DNA of 51,618 nt, filler included, from Sphacelaria rigidula (GCA_964200075.2; 4 parts of 4 records of this genome joined end to end with filler, not necessarily neighbours in it); one strand, 5' to 3'. Shown: positions 22,683 to 35,700, counted from the whole stretch's first letter. Made by a program: numbers and translations. Notes: generated by a model from the sequence alone, not told the origin.

Positions 22683-23033
22683 TGTGTGTATGTGTGTTGT
22701 GTGTTGTCGTCCCATCTATTCTGGACGCGGGTCTACACCTTTTAGTGTATGTGGGCGCACCAGCCTTTTCATTTTTGTTTTGTTTTGTTTGTTTTTTAGT
22801 ACCCCACCTTCCTTCTGCGGTGCTTGCCTTTGTTTTTTATCGCGAGAGGGGGGTTCAGCAATCCCTTGCCCTCCTCGACCGTTGAGTCGAATTTTGTGTA
22901 CCCCCGACATAGGATCTCTCCACTGTTGTTGAGCATTGTGTGAGAGAAAAGATCCCAATTCGCTCCGAGGTTTGAACCCACGAACCAACCGTCAGAAGGT
23001 CTCGAGGTTACCAACTGAGCCACCAAGGTGACC
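22683..23033 (-). mobile_element. tRNA-derived SINE, family A, copy 2
   Basis: The minus strand reads GGTCACCTTGGTGGCTCAGTTGGTAACCTCGAGACCTTCTGACGGTTGGTTCGTGGGTTCAAACCTCGGAGCGA... and is colinear with 1264-1616. Confidence 0.8.
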
Positions 23034-23938
23034 GTGGGAGTCAATATGAATAATACATCGCACTGGTTGCTGGTGCTACGGCGTTGACTGATCGAGTGGA
23101 CCGCACCCGCGAGCGGGCTACTGCGCATATCCCGCACATTTTTCATATTCTGACTGACTTGTCGAATCCCCGAGATCATTGGGCCATCAGAGCTCCTTTT
23201 ATTTCTTATTCTATATACGTTTGATGAGTGTCGGGTGTTCGGCACAAAACCGCAAGTTCCAATGCTTTATCGCCATACCCTTCCCCATGTGCTCATCATG
23301 AGTACAGATATCGTAGTGAAAACCCTGATATCTTCTGGTGTAAATGAGGCATTATACTTCGTCTCGTGAATAAGGCATTAAATATCTCTTCTCGTGAATG
23401 AGGCAGTAGTAGTAGATCAGGAGAACAGCTCACGTGAGACGCAAACCTGCTGCGCGTGGATGATGCCTTATGGGTGGAGGAAGTGATCATATCTCTACAC
23501 GATGACACCCTTCGAAAGCACAGGGTGGGCGGGTAGGGAAACGATGCGACCCCTCTCCGAATGCTCACAGCGCCAAGTACGTGTTCAGGGTGTACCACCT
23601 TCAACACTCGTACTGCCTGCGATCGAACAGGAAGATGATTCGATGTTCAGACCGTCGTTCTGTACGCCTGCTGCTGCGTCTACCTACCACTCTGTCAGCG
23701 TGTTAAATGACAATCGCTTCGGTGCTCGGTATCAGCGATACAGACGTCCCGAGCCCTAAGCCGTTCTCTTTCTCTGTTTGGTGCTCGTCATTGCACATGT
23801 ATCATGGCTCATGCGTGGTTTAATTTAATTCAACGATGCAATCGGAAATTCCTTCGCTCACACAAAACACATGTTCCCTTGTTGTTGATTCGGAATATTT
23901 CGCAATTCGCAATTTTTTACTCGAAATTTTTACTTGGA

Positions 23939-23967
23939 GTTGTTGTTGTTGTTGTTGTTGTTGTTGT
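23939..23967 (+). repeat. (GTT)n microsatellite
   Basis: About 9 GTT units. Confidence 0.9.
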
Positions 23968-24256
23968 CTTCACATTAAAAAGTCGTTCCGGTATCTGCGT
24001 AGTGCTCTAGTGGGCATCTGACTCGGACGTCTTCCGTGGTCACAGGCTACCACCCCATGTTAGGGTAAAGGGGAAATCAGGAAATAAATTTGGGCCCACG
24101 AAAAATTCACACAGACGCGATACAAGAAAAACAGAACAAAACAACAAAACAAAAAAGGTGAAACGAAAAAGAAGAAAGAGCAGTTGGATCATGAAATTTG
24201 GTATGCACAATCAACAGGGCATAGAATGTTGAATATTCTTCTCCTCTGCGCTACAG

Positions 24257-25234
24257 ACCGAACTCCGTAAATGTTTTAAGGGATGATCATGTACCAGCAC
24301 CGAGTTTCGCCGCACCTGGAGGCGATTGTTTTGCAAGCACAGCCCACATCACAACGGCATGGGTAAGCAGCTGCTGCTGTTATTGTTTCATCTGTATATG
24401 TGGGTTTACTCTTGCCAGCAGGATACTGCGCCACACTGAACAAAAAAAATGTTGCGCGTCCACGTTTTCTTCCCCGCGAAAAGCACGCAGTACCGCAATA
24501 CACTGATGACAGTACGGTATAATATACCAGTAGGACCTGCGCAGGGGGGTATCCTCGCTGCCTGTGCTGTGTCGGTGATAAGGTTTCGCAAAGGAAAGGA
24601 GTAAAGTCGGTCGTAGATCACCAGATGGTGCGAAGTAATCGCAGAGAAGAACGGGAATTTTGTGTGGTACCGACGATCAGCAGTCGCTCTTTACGAACGC
24701 GGTGGGACTGATGTGTTTCATCTGATGAGTCGGCATCAACTTCACTTGATATATGAGACATACAGTACTCAGTTGTCCGTGTTTGGATTCTGTAAGGGCC
24801 AAATAGCACCCCTTTAATTTCGTCCTTCCAAGTAGCGCTCCTACACTTGACCTGAAGTGTTTCCTCAACCCAAAAGCCCTGTTCCCGTAACCTTCCCTCC
24901 AAACAATCCGCTCTGGTCGTTGCTTGCTACTCTCAGAGCCTGAGCAACCCGAGGAACCTTGGGATATGGAGATTTTCGATGAGCAGACCTCGCGGGATTT
25001 CAAGGAGCAGCACATGAAGGACATGGACGAAGCTGCACGAACCATCCGTGAGTACCATGATTACAGCAGGTAGCTGTCGACAGATTGACCCTCGCGTTGA
25101 CGGTCTCGAGAGGACGAAAGCAAGATATTTCCCCCCCCCCTAGTACAGCACTGTGCGTTGCGGGAGGTACTGGAGATCGCAAAGATCTTGTGCCCTGTGC
25201 CCTCTCTCAGGCTATTCTCCATCCCGTACCCATG
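24257..25234 (+). CDS. Exons of an unidentified gene or pseudogene, divergent from VHA-C
   Basis: The best-supported exon is 24937-25047 (CTCTCAG acceptor, GTGAGT donor, phase 1-1, PEQPEEPWDMEIFDEQTSRDFKEQHMKDMDEAARTI). Candidate flanking exons are 24257-24362 (GTAAG donor) and 25211-25234. No recognisable domain. Confidence 0.45.
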
Positions 25235-25383
25235 GTGTTGCTTTCATCCTTTTGTTGTTTCATTGTCCGTACTATAGTCTACCTTACTGGCTGTATTGTG
25301 GAGAAGATACTGAGGAAAAGCTTGTGCGCTCTGTCCCTAATCTCAGGCGAATCTTTTACTCTGATATCGCTTCAATACGGGTT

Positions 25384-25705
25384 GCCGCGGCCCGGTGTTG
25401 TAATGGTCCGACTGTCGCCAATAGGGTGGAGAGAACGAGGGTTCGATTCCCGATGCGTTGGGTGTTTTCTTCGTAGTATCTGATTTCCACCGTGGAAAGC
25501 GTGAGAACGTGAGTAAATCAAGTTGTTAGCTGAGTTTATTAGACATGAATTGACACAGTGCGGGAGTGCTGACGCAAAATCCGCGAGACCAAAATTCAAG
25601 GCGTGTACCGGGAAGAGATTGGTTGATCCCTTGAGACCACGGACTCGTCCCGAGGAAGGGGAGGGGTTCAGAGTGCGACAAATAAATAAATGAAAAATGA
25701 ATAAA
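25384..25705 (+). mobile_element. tRNA-derived SINE, family B
   Basis: A-box-like TGTTGTAATGG and B box GGTTCGATTCC. The body is colinear with 28408-28715 and ends in an (AATA)n/A-rich tail. Confidence 0.8.
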
Positions 25706-25761
25706 AACTGTTGTGATTTACCACAGCATTAACCCTTTTGGGACCGGGCCTCCAGAACGAC

Positions 25762-25861
25762 NNNNNNNNNNNNNNNNNNNNNNNNNNNNNNNNNNNNNNN
25801 NNNNNTTAATTAATTAANNNNNNNNNNNNNNNNNNNNNNNNNNNNNNNNNNNNNNNNNNNN
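25762..25861. other. Artificial contig-join spacer
   Basis: N44-TTAATTAATTAA-N44. Confidence 0.97.
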
Positions 25862-25865
25862 ATGC

Positions 25866-26156
25866 GTAGGTATCGTAAGTATGAGTTTTGAAAATACCGG
25901 ATTGGGCGGGTACGGTAGGTATTGAAATCTCGAAATACCCTGGTATCGTAGGTATGAGTATTGAAAACACCGGGTTGGGCGGGTACGGTAAGTATTGAAA
26001 TCTCGAAATACCCTGGTATCGTAGGTATGACACTTCAAAATACCGGATTTGGCAGGTACGATAGGTATTGAAATATCGAAATACCCTGACATCGCAGGTA
26101 TCGTAAGTATGAGTTTTGAAAATACCGGATTGGGTCGGTATCGGTAGGATATGAAA
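25866..26156. repeat. ~73 bp tandem repeat, about 4 copies, truncated by the contig start
   Basis: GTATCGTARGTATGAGTWTTGAAAAYACCGGRTTGGGCGGGTACGGTARGTATTGAAATCTCGAAATACCCTG starts at about 25870, 25943, 26016 and 26098. Confidence 0.88.
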
Positions 26157-26569
26157 TGTCCCAAGTACTGGTACCGGGTACCTACCTTACCTACGGTGCC
26201 AGTGCATCTTATCTACTACCCCTTAGAAAACAAGACACTGCGCAGTCAACTAACTCGATTAAGCATACAACCATCATAATATGGTCACTTACTGTATGTA
26301 CATCATATTTCAAAAGATCCGAGCTCACAGGACTCCTCCAGCAACTAAATTCCACGAACTACAGCGCAGAAGTTCGCGATGGATGTCTCTTCGAAAGCAC
26401 CAGCACCAGATGTCGGTATTTGTACAAGCCCGAACGTCATTCTCTATGCTGCCGTTCAAAACGCGATCGGAGATAACTCACACTGTACGAAATACAGTGC
26501 AACGCCTATTCACATGCGAGTAGCACTAGCGGCTATCGTTTGAGGCCAAGTTGTAAATGTCGTAAATCA

Positions 26570-27620
26570 ATAGGGTAGAGTAGAGCACAAGTACGAGTAC
26601 GAGTAATTTGGGATGTCAATACTCGAGGTCCTTCGGATTACCCCCTATTTCAGCAGTCGGTACTCGGGGAACTTTGTACCTTACTGAGTACTCCGAGTAC
26701 GACACCCAGTATGTGTACTGTGGGTGTTCCACGTAACTGAGAGTACTCACTAATTTCGGCAGTCGATACCCTGGGTACTCCAGGTACTCGAGTACGACAT
26801 CGAGTATCTCGGGGGATGGATACTCTGGGTACTCGGGACAAAAAAATATTCTACCGAGTACACTCATCACGATACCGAGTATTTGGGGGAGGTTTATTCC
26901 GGGCTCTCAAACACTGAGAACTGTTGGTGCTGACGGTGGTCTAAACTACTCAATTCATGGATGCCGCTGTAAATGGGGGGAAACGCACTTTTTTGTACTC
27001 CGGAGAGTCTGATGTGAATGGCACCCACTTGCGGTATGTTGATGTGTTGGCACATTGCATGTCAGCTTCAGGCCAAATACATTTGAAAGCAAGAACAAGA
27101 GAAAATACATAATCTACGACGAAGCAAGGTTGGGGGAACATTGAACGTTGCAATTGCCGAAGATCACCCACAGATCAGACACGTGTATATTCTGCACGCA
27201 GCGAAAGTCTCCATCTGTAAAATGTTCTGACGAAACGTGACATGGTAGGTATTATGAGATACGTTGTAATTCAGCAATCTGTGCTTCAGGCACTCTGAAA
27301 TACTCAGTAATTTATGGAAAATCGGTGCTCGGGCACCGAGTATTCTACATAATACACGGTAGATCGAGTCATGAGTACTCCGGGTACTCCAGCGCAGTCA
27401 GTGTTTTCGACAGTCAGTACTGAGGGTACTCCGGAATACACAGAATCTAGGGGAGTGGATTCGAGTACCAAGGACTTACTGAGTAAACCGAGTATGATTC
27501 CGACCATTTGCGGGGGTGGATGCTCCGGGTATACTGGAGTACTGAGTACTACAAATCCCGAGATAAATCCCATATCCTGCCGAGCGTACCCGTACCCTAC
27601 AGAACACAACCTTCCCAACA
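26570..27620. repeat. Two blocks dense in GTACTC/GAGTAC motifs (26590-26885 and 27300-27600); probable old non-autonomous DNA transposon
   Basis: Many GAGTAC, GTACTC and CCGAGTA words, and a shared segment GGGGG(A)TGGAT(A/G)CTC(T/C)GGGTA. Ends and TSD not resolved. Confidence 0.5.
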
Positions 27621-28407
27621 TCTAATCGGCGTAGATGGTCTTCTGAGGCGAAGCCCGTGCTCCCCCCTTACACCGTGGGCACGGCACGGTAGCACTTCAC
27701 GTGCACCACACAGCACACCGAGTGGACGAGAATATATACGGAGAGGTAGACGACCAAGAAGATCCTACTGAAGGCATCTTGTGCTAGATTCGTTTCGCAG
27801 GTATGGGAAAGAAGTGTCTGACATGGTCTCACACGAAGAAAATAATAAAAAGGCTTCGTCGCCACAGTTTTATAATAGGCCTATCGTGCATTAATTGGCA
27901 CATACAACTATGAGGGCGCCGCCTTCCATTTCACATGTGTACTGGGTGAAAGCAGAAGAAAACACGCCCGATAGGGCTTAACAGTCGCAGATTTTGGGGT
28001 AGTCCAGCGTAGTAACCGTCCTGCCCCCCCCCCTAAGTAACCCAAGACGGCAATGTACACTACTTGCTCTTGCAACTCTCCCTGAAGTATCATCTGTTTC
28101 AGGCCTCGAATTGCCGATTTTGACTGACCACTTAGCATTTACACTCGGGACTGCTGTACATGTGTCTCCCCTGGCGGCAAGCTTCTTGATTTTTCTTTTT
28201 GGTGGAATGACACCTTTGAGTTCGAAACCCTCAACGAACGAAAGCGGTGTCTTCAAGGACTCCCCAATACATCAATCGGTGATATTGTGCTTATTTTTCT
28301 CCAAACCTTTTCGACGATATTGTGTTCTCAAGTCTCCAAGCCGCATCATTGCATATGTCAATCTAAACAAGAACATCGAGCCTATTTTCGCTTTGTACAT
28401 CCAGTCC

Positions 28408-28715
28408 GCCGCGACCCGGTGGTGTAATGGTCCGACTGTCGCCATTAGGGTGGAAAGAACGAGGGCTCGATTCCCGATGCGTTGTGTTTTTTCTTCGTAA
28501 TATCTTCTTTCCACCGTGAAAAGCGTGAGAACATGAGTAAACCAAGTGGTCGACTGAGTTTGTTTGCCGTCAGTTGACGCGATGCGGGAGTGCTGACCCA
28601 ATCCGCGAGACCAAAACACGAGGCGTGTAGCGGGGAGAGACGAATTGCTCGCTTGAGACCACGGACTCGTCCCGAGGAAGGAGAGGGGGTTCAAAGTGCG
28701 ACAAACAAATAAAAA
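28408..28715 (+). mobile_element. tRNA-derived SINE, family B
   Basis: A box TGGTGTAATGG and B-box-like GGCTCGATTCC. Colinear with 25384-25705, with an A-rich tail. Confidence 0.8.
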
Positions 28716-29274
28716 CAGTAGATTATAATAAGATCCCCGATAATGGCCAGTACATTTTAATGTCGCATAGCAACAGCTGCAGCTTGCGGTCCAATCCGGC
28801 GCCGCCGCCTTCAAGTGATCGAGAAGTTGTTCGCACGTCAATGTCATCACGCCAACTTGTGGCGACAAATTTCTTCTAGCTTCGCCGTGAAGTCAATCTG
28901 GCCGACTGACTGACTAGAATTATAATTTACCATACCATAGAGTGGCACCAAACTAGAGAGAAAAACATACGATGTACACCTGTTTCTTTCCGCTGTTCTT
29001 CGTTGAAAATCCTAGAGTCCGATGCTGTGATGAAACACGAGTCCACCTCGCAGGAGAATCGACCGCTTCCTCTGCGCAGATGTCGTTGCAAAATCGTATG
29101 ACGTGGGCAACGCGGCAGCTGGCTACCTCCATTGAAGGCCTTCTCGGGAAACAATACCTCGTTCAGTAATATCCACGTACTGGTACATATCAACACACTG
29201 TACGGTACTGTTATCTCGACTCATGTTTCCCTGTCCGTCCGCCCGCTCGCCTCTCTCACCGTTGGCTTCCGCAG

Positions 29275-29696
29275 CACGCGAGAACACCGACAGGGGATGA
29301 AAGTTCGGCAGATCGGTGGGCAGATCCCGGGGAGGCAGATGTCATCGTCAAGGCCGTGGTGGAACATATATTCTCCGACGTCTCGGCGATGTGCATCGGG
29401 CGATTCGGTCAACACTTGCTGGTGGCCACCACAGACGGCGAGGTCCGTACCTCTTGGATGTGCAGACGAAGGGGTGTTGCATGCGATCAAACCGTGCCTC
29501 TGTGCACTTGGGGGCGGGGGGAGAACTGGAGCCCTAGGTTTTGCGCATCAACAACGACGAGACGACGAACGCGACCATTCGTCTCGATGTCTGCACTCTG
29601 TACTACGCATGAGATATCAAGTACCGTGCTATATTCATCAGTATCAAACATGGTCATTATTGGCATCATCGTTACTATTATGACCATTATTATTGT

Positions 29697-29736
<40 letters not shown>

Positions 29737-32700
29737 ACTATTATTAGTATCATCATGCTCTCAATGTATGACCTGCGCTGTACCTTGGTAGGTTGCAGAA
29801 CATCGTTACCGGGGCGATGAGAAGTCCAACCTCGATTTATATGAACAAGGCAAAGCCCTGCACTGCTGACAGATACCCCCTCGATGTAGCCGGAGCCGTT
29901 TCTGAAAAAGCGGGGGCTGGGTTATTCTTCGATCAGAGTAATATACTCCGTACCCTACGGTTCTACTTATGGTAGTTCAGGGCATCTATCACGCACGAGC
30001 TCAGGAGTTCAAGAACAAGTACGCCAAAAAGTGCTGCAGGCTAATCTTCCAGATCCTTGTCTCCGGTACATGAACAAATGTGTTGCTTGTACGCCAGGAC
30101 GTCCATCGGCGACGTGATCCACGTTTCTCACTGTATCCCATTTCAATCGGTGTGGTTGGTGATGATTTCCGATGTTCGGCTTACTTCAGATCTACGGCGT
30201 GTCCTGGGAGGGCCACATCCTGTGCCGATATGACGTGGTTGCTATGCCGACTGCCGTGCCTCGAGAAGGTGGTGAACGCGGGCCACGATCGAGCCCGACG
30301 CACACGCGCTTCGCGGATGTCTACGCCTCTTCCATGTCCTTCAACGATACGCTGCAGGTGCTGTACAGTCCGCGGAGCCTGGGATCAGCACGCGTGAAAG
30401 TTTTGTCAAACGCGGTGCTTGTAAAGTTGTAGAAATATGCTATAGGGAAGGGTTCGCCGCAACTTTTTGTACACCCTTCCATTGCCTCTCTGGTGCGGGT
30501 GAAGCAACGTCGGAGAGTTACCTGATAGCGTCGTCGAAGCTCTCGAGTAACCCCCTCCCTCTCCCCCGCCCCTGTGGGAAAGTAACGGATGATAAAGCAA
30601 CCGATGGTAGAGGCCATATAGTGGGATAATGTGAAGTATACAAGGGGGAACCGGACGTGTTAGAAGGAGATGAAGGAACTCAACGAATGCGACATGAAAT
30701 CATTTGGTACATTGGATGGTTGCGAGAAAACGATCGCTATGCTAAGAGATAGGTGGTGACCACAGACGGCGAAACCGGAAGGGGATGGAATATTTCAACA
30801 GTTCTTGTGCAATGTATGGGGGAAAGCGTAGTGAGTGCCTAAATGTTGAAGGTACCTCCATTAGGAGTAGGAACAGTGCTCCGTCTCGAAAGGAATGTAT
30901 GATCAACGGTCGAATGACAAACGCAAGCAACAAATGAGCCCCCCCTCCCGCGCGCGCTCTGGCGTACCAATTGCTACCCCTCTTGCCCTGCTCTTCCCAT
31001 AACAACGACCTCTACTTCAGTTGCTGGCGCTGACGACTGCCGACGGAAGCTTTTTTCTGGGCACCCTGTTCAAAGCCCACTGCTGGCTCAGATACATCGC
31101 TATCACGGAGCAGGCGGTGGCGCATCGCCAGCATACGGAACACGCTTCCGCCTCTGCGCACTCTGTTGCCCGGTCAGCTGAAGACGCAGCTGGCCCGCAT
31201 GGTAGCGGTGGCGTGCGCGGCGGACACGAGGGCGACAGCCACGCGCGCAGCAGCTCGTGGAGCTGGGACTTATGGGGAAAAGGTCGAGAGGTCGTGGTGG
31301 CCGCCGCTGCGGCAGCTGCCGATGCACTGTCTTCACCCCGATCCACCTCTCAACGAGGAGGCGGGTTTTCGCATACGTGGCCAAGGGATAATGGACATTC
31401 ATCCCCAGCTACTGCTGACACGGGACAGCGACATCGTGATTTCGGTGCCGTCGGCGCCGACCGTTTGCGGGACGGACGTGCGTCGTCGGTGGAGTTTAGT
31501 GCGAACGGGTGCTTGATGGCGGTCGCGCTCGTGGATGGAACGGTCCTGTTGACTCGGGTAGAGCGATACACTAGCGGCATCCGGTGCGTTTGTTTCAGCG
31601 AGCAGATCGTTTCCGAGTGTGTGTTTCGGGGGATGGGGGAAGCTGTGCCGCTTGTCTAGGGTAGATCACCTGGCTAACACGAACAGAAGCCGAGGGTGGG
31701 TGTTCACGCTGAGGCTCCAGTAGGATGGATAAGTCGGGGATGGGGGGGTGGGGAGAGGCAAGGTGAGTGCTGATACAGCCCGAGACGCTGCCGTTTTGGC
31801 TTGGCAAAGCGTGTTGCATATCCGCGGCTAGACGTGGTCGTGCACAAGCCCATTTATTAGCTGCAGCACAGTCAACAGTGTCAATGAAGTGACACAAGCA
31901 ACAACAAATCCCATGTCTCGTCGCCCGTTCTCGACTGTGTGCAAATGTCTCGCATCCAGAGCACACCACAAACTGCAAATCTCGAGCAGCATGCTTCATC
32001 GATCGGATAGTTACCGGTTGCAGATCCCACCCGATGAACCGTCGGCACCCGCTGGCGAGCCGGAGTCTGTCGGGAATGGGCAATCGGAAGTGGAAGGAGG
32101 TGTGACCTTGTTGCTCCGACTATCATGGAAGCGTTGCTTTCCTCTTTTTCGTTTGCGATCAATCGGTGTGGAGTTTTTTTCCCCTGGTGTCGATAGATAG
32201 GTTTGGACTGCCACCGCAACGTGTCGCGGCATGTGTGACGGCGACGATGTGACTTCCTGCTCTCACGTGGATTCGTGTGGCGAGATGGACTGTGAATGGT
32301 TTACACGTCGGACGGATCATGATCCGTCTGAAATAACAAGTCAAACAAGACTCTCGGATCTGATAGGTCCAGAAACACGAAATATGTGACCGCGGAGTCA
32401 GAAAATCCCAAGCGTAACCGTTGCGCTACTCGGCGTGCCCGGCGTCCGGTGCTGGAGGGAGCAAACATTTAAAAGGAGGGCCAAATGATCTGGATCATGA
32501 TCCGGATCAGTTCACTGGGAGAAAGTTATTTTCAGACGGATCATGATCGATCCGACGTGTGAATTGGTTGGGCGTGTTGGCGCCCCGCACTACCTGTACT
32601 AGTCTCGCTTTTGTTCGAGTGCTACGATACATTTTGATTACGTGTCCTGTGAGCTACAGTTGTGAGCCGCCTAACTATTCATTTTGAGACATTTTGTGAT

Positions 32701-35700
32701 TTCTTCGTAATTGGCGATTTTCTTGGGCTTTTTCGCTTGCCACCGCTTATCACGTTGGGGATTTAAAGATACTTGTATCCGCTCCACATTCCAAGAAAAA
32801 AAATCATCTGTACTCAGTATTGAGTGACTTACGGACTGACCGGTCATCGGGGGTCCTGCGACGTTTCAGCCCAGATTCTTACTATTCGGTATTTTAGGTC
32901 GATCGAGCCTGTCCCGATCATATTTCTAGAAAAATGTTCAGTTTTATTTTTTTGAAATTCTGCCTACTCATTGCACTAGAACCGAAAAACTGTGTTTCAC
33001 GGTCAATAACACCCTCCTGATGAACGGGGTATTCACTCGTTTCGCCCGATAACACCAACTAGCACTGACTTGGGCACTGTGTTTTGAGGATGATCTGTTT
33101 ATTTTACTAAAGTCTACCGACGCTAGCAATTTCCAGTTCTTTCGACGAGTAGTACGCGAGGAAAACCCCAAATCCCCGCTAAATAGTTAGATCACCCACC
33201 ACTGTAGCTCGCTTAGCTATTGCCATGGTATGGTCGTGTCGTAATGTTCTAGATCACCGAGCTCAGCGATCCGGAGAGCTGCCGCACGTCGTACATTTTG
33301 CTTGTCCTTCGTATCAGTGTCCGTGTCTACGAGTAGCTGGCTTGCGTTTCATACTGCTTGAGCATCGTTCTTGACCCATTCCCTCGAAGCGGGGGAAGCG
33401 GGGGAAGCAACTGTACTGCGGTAAAGTAGCTCGTGGGCCACGCCACCCGAAACGTTTCTTGTTGCTGTCGGAACCTGCCTGCCTTCATCCTACCGCTCCT
33501 CCCCCCCCCCCCCGTCGCTGCAGCGTAATGAGCGCCAGAATGTTGGAGGTGTCTCTATTAGGAGTAAGAACGTTGCTCCGTCTCGAAAGGGATGCGTGGT
33601 CAATGGTCGAACGACTAAGGCAAGCAACAAATGAGTACGCCCGCCGCTGCAGCTCAAATGTTGGAGGTGTCTCTATTAGGAGTAGGAACCGTGATCCGTC
33701 TCGTAAGGGATGTGTGGTCAATGGTTGAATGACTAACCCAACCAACAACTGAGTACGTTCTCCCCTCCACCGTAGGCTCCTGACCCCAATGAACGCCCCG
33801 TGTACCTCACGTGCGTATCTGCTCATTAGATCTGCCTGCAAAAACTGCGCTCTTGCGCGAGCGCACTAACTCGATGGGGTCGCTCTGGGGTGTCGAGGTG
33901 CACCATCTGCACTGTCTGTCGCTCCAGCCATGGGTAGGGGACGGTGGAAATATCGGTGGAGGAGGTTTTACGGGACCGGCTGGACGGGTGAGATATAAAT
34001 GTTTTACGACAAAGATAGAAAGTCTTAGTATCTGTTGTTGACGGTGTTGTAGGGGGCGCGCTCGGGTTTTTGCGCTACATGCAGATTAGCTCCCGGTCGA
34101 TGACCCCACTGTAAGCTCAAGCCTAGTGCAGTGCAGGTTAGATGAGGACGTGTTTGCGGTGTCGTAGAGGCCTCGTGCTTTGCGTATCGGGCGAGACCCC
34201 CCCCCCGCCACACACACACACACACACTCCCCACGCCACAAAGAACACGATGGGATTTCTACAAATGCTCCAAAGAGATTTTGGAGAGCGATCAGCAAAC
34301 AAGATGAAAATAACAGGAGGCGTGAAATGGTTTCATACACTTCGATGAACACACGAAGCACGAAGGTTTGGGGACTGAAAGCAACAAGAGCCAACGTCAT
34401 CCTGAAATAACGACGACGCAGGTGTTGTCGATGTGCTTCTCCTTCGACGGATGGGCCCTTTCCGTGGGCCACGAGCATGCTCTTACCGTGTGGAGCACCG
34501 AGGACGGCACCCGCCTGATGTGCACTCTCTCAGACGCCGACCGGCGCAGAAAAGACTCCGGTCACACCAGCCCCGTCGCCCGTCCAGTGCCGCCAACAAC
34601 GTCTGACGCCGCGGGCGCCGCCCCGATCAACAACGACTCATGCAGGCACGTCGCCGGCGCTAACCCCGTGAGTAGACCGCAACTCCCGCGACCATATTCA
34701 GCATTGAATGCCGACTCCACTGCTCAACCGAGGGAAGAACGAAGACGAGAAAGCAACGGCGGAGCGACGACAAGCCCCCACGACGTCCGGCGGGTTGGCG
34801 CCGACGCTGCCAAACAAATAGGAGGTAGCGAGGGATGCTCGGCCGCGCAGGCGTCGACTGAACATGGCAAGGACGAGGATCGAAACGGCGAGGTCCCGGC
34901 TGACGCACCGAGGGCTACGGGGGGAACGTTGGATCTGATTGCCGGGGGGGCGAGATCGCTCACGTGGGGGAGCGAGGGGTACCGATTGTTGTCAGTGGGG
35001 GGTGCTATCACGGACGAGACCGGGAGGTGGGGGGGAGCAGGGACGGACGGTGTTGAAGGAAAAAGTCAGGGTATCGTGGCGTTCGACTTTTTGAGGAGGG
35101 CGCGCTCCAACCTCTCGAGCGCCCTGTTGTCGCTGCAGGGATCGGATCGCATTGCATTAGTGGACTCTCAGCCGTGGAGCGCGCAGGTGCTCCTGTGGAG
35201 GGTGCTTCCGGTGAGAGATACTTGGCTTTACCTTCATGAAGTGTTCCCTTCTATTTCGATTTCGTCTTTGTTGAGCTTCCTTGTCTCTCTCAGTTTGCTC
35301 TCTTTTTGATTTCCCCTTTTTACAATTTTATCTCTTACCGTTTTTTCTCGAGCCTAGTTTGGCGATTGTTTCCGGTTTTTTTTTTTACCTTGGGCACACA
35401 TGTCTATCGCGTGACCACCGTTGGATTCGTGGCGGGTCAGTCGATGTGCGAGAATCAAATCATGGGAACGAAAACGCGCTGATATGTTCCAGATGAATCT
35501 TTGGTGCCTTGGGTCGCCGGTAGGGCATCGATGAAAAGCCCAAAGTCGGAGAGCCACTACGCTCCGTGTACAACATTTTGCCTATCCACCAGCCCACGTA
35601 TGATCCTTGCCCAACATCGAAAGCATAACGGCATGCCTTGCATGTTGTTAGAACCTTTTGAAGCAACCGGCGATGGCAGCACCCGTTGAGCACGAGCAGT

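Noticed and set aside
24715-24760. Hammerhead ribozyme core CTGATGA (also 33017 and several minus-strand hits)
   Set aside because: None has stem II followed by GAAA with the required stem I/III pairing.
27635-27746. Possible upstream RIC1 exon
   Set aside because: Frame and splice sites are ambiguous and there is no clear RIC1 N-terminal motif.
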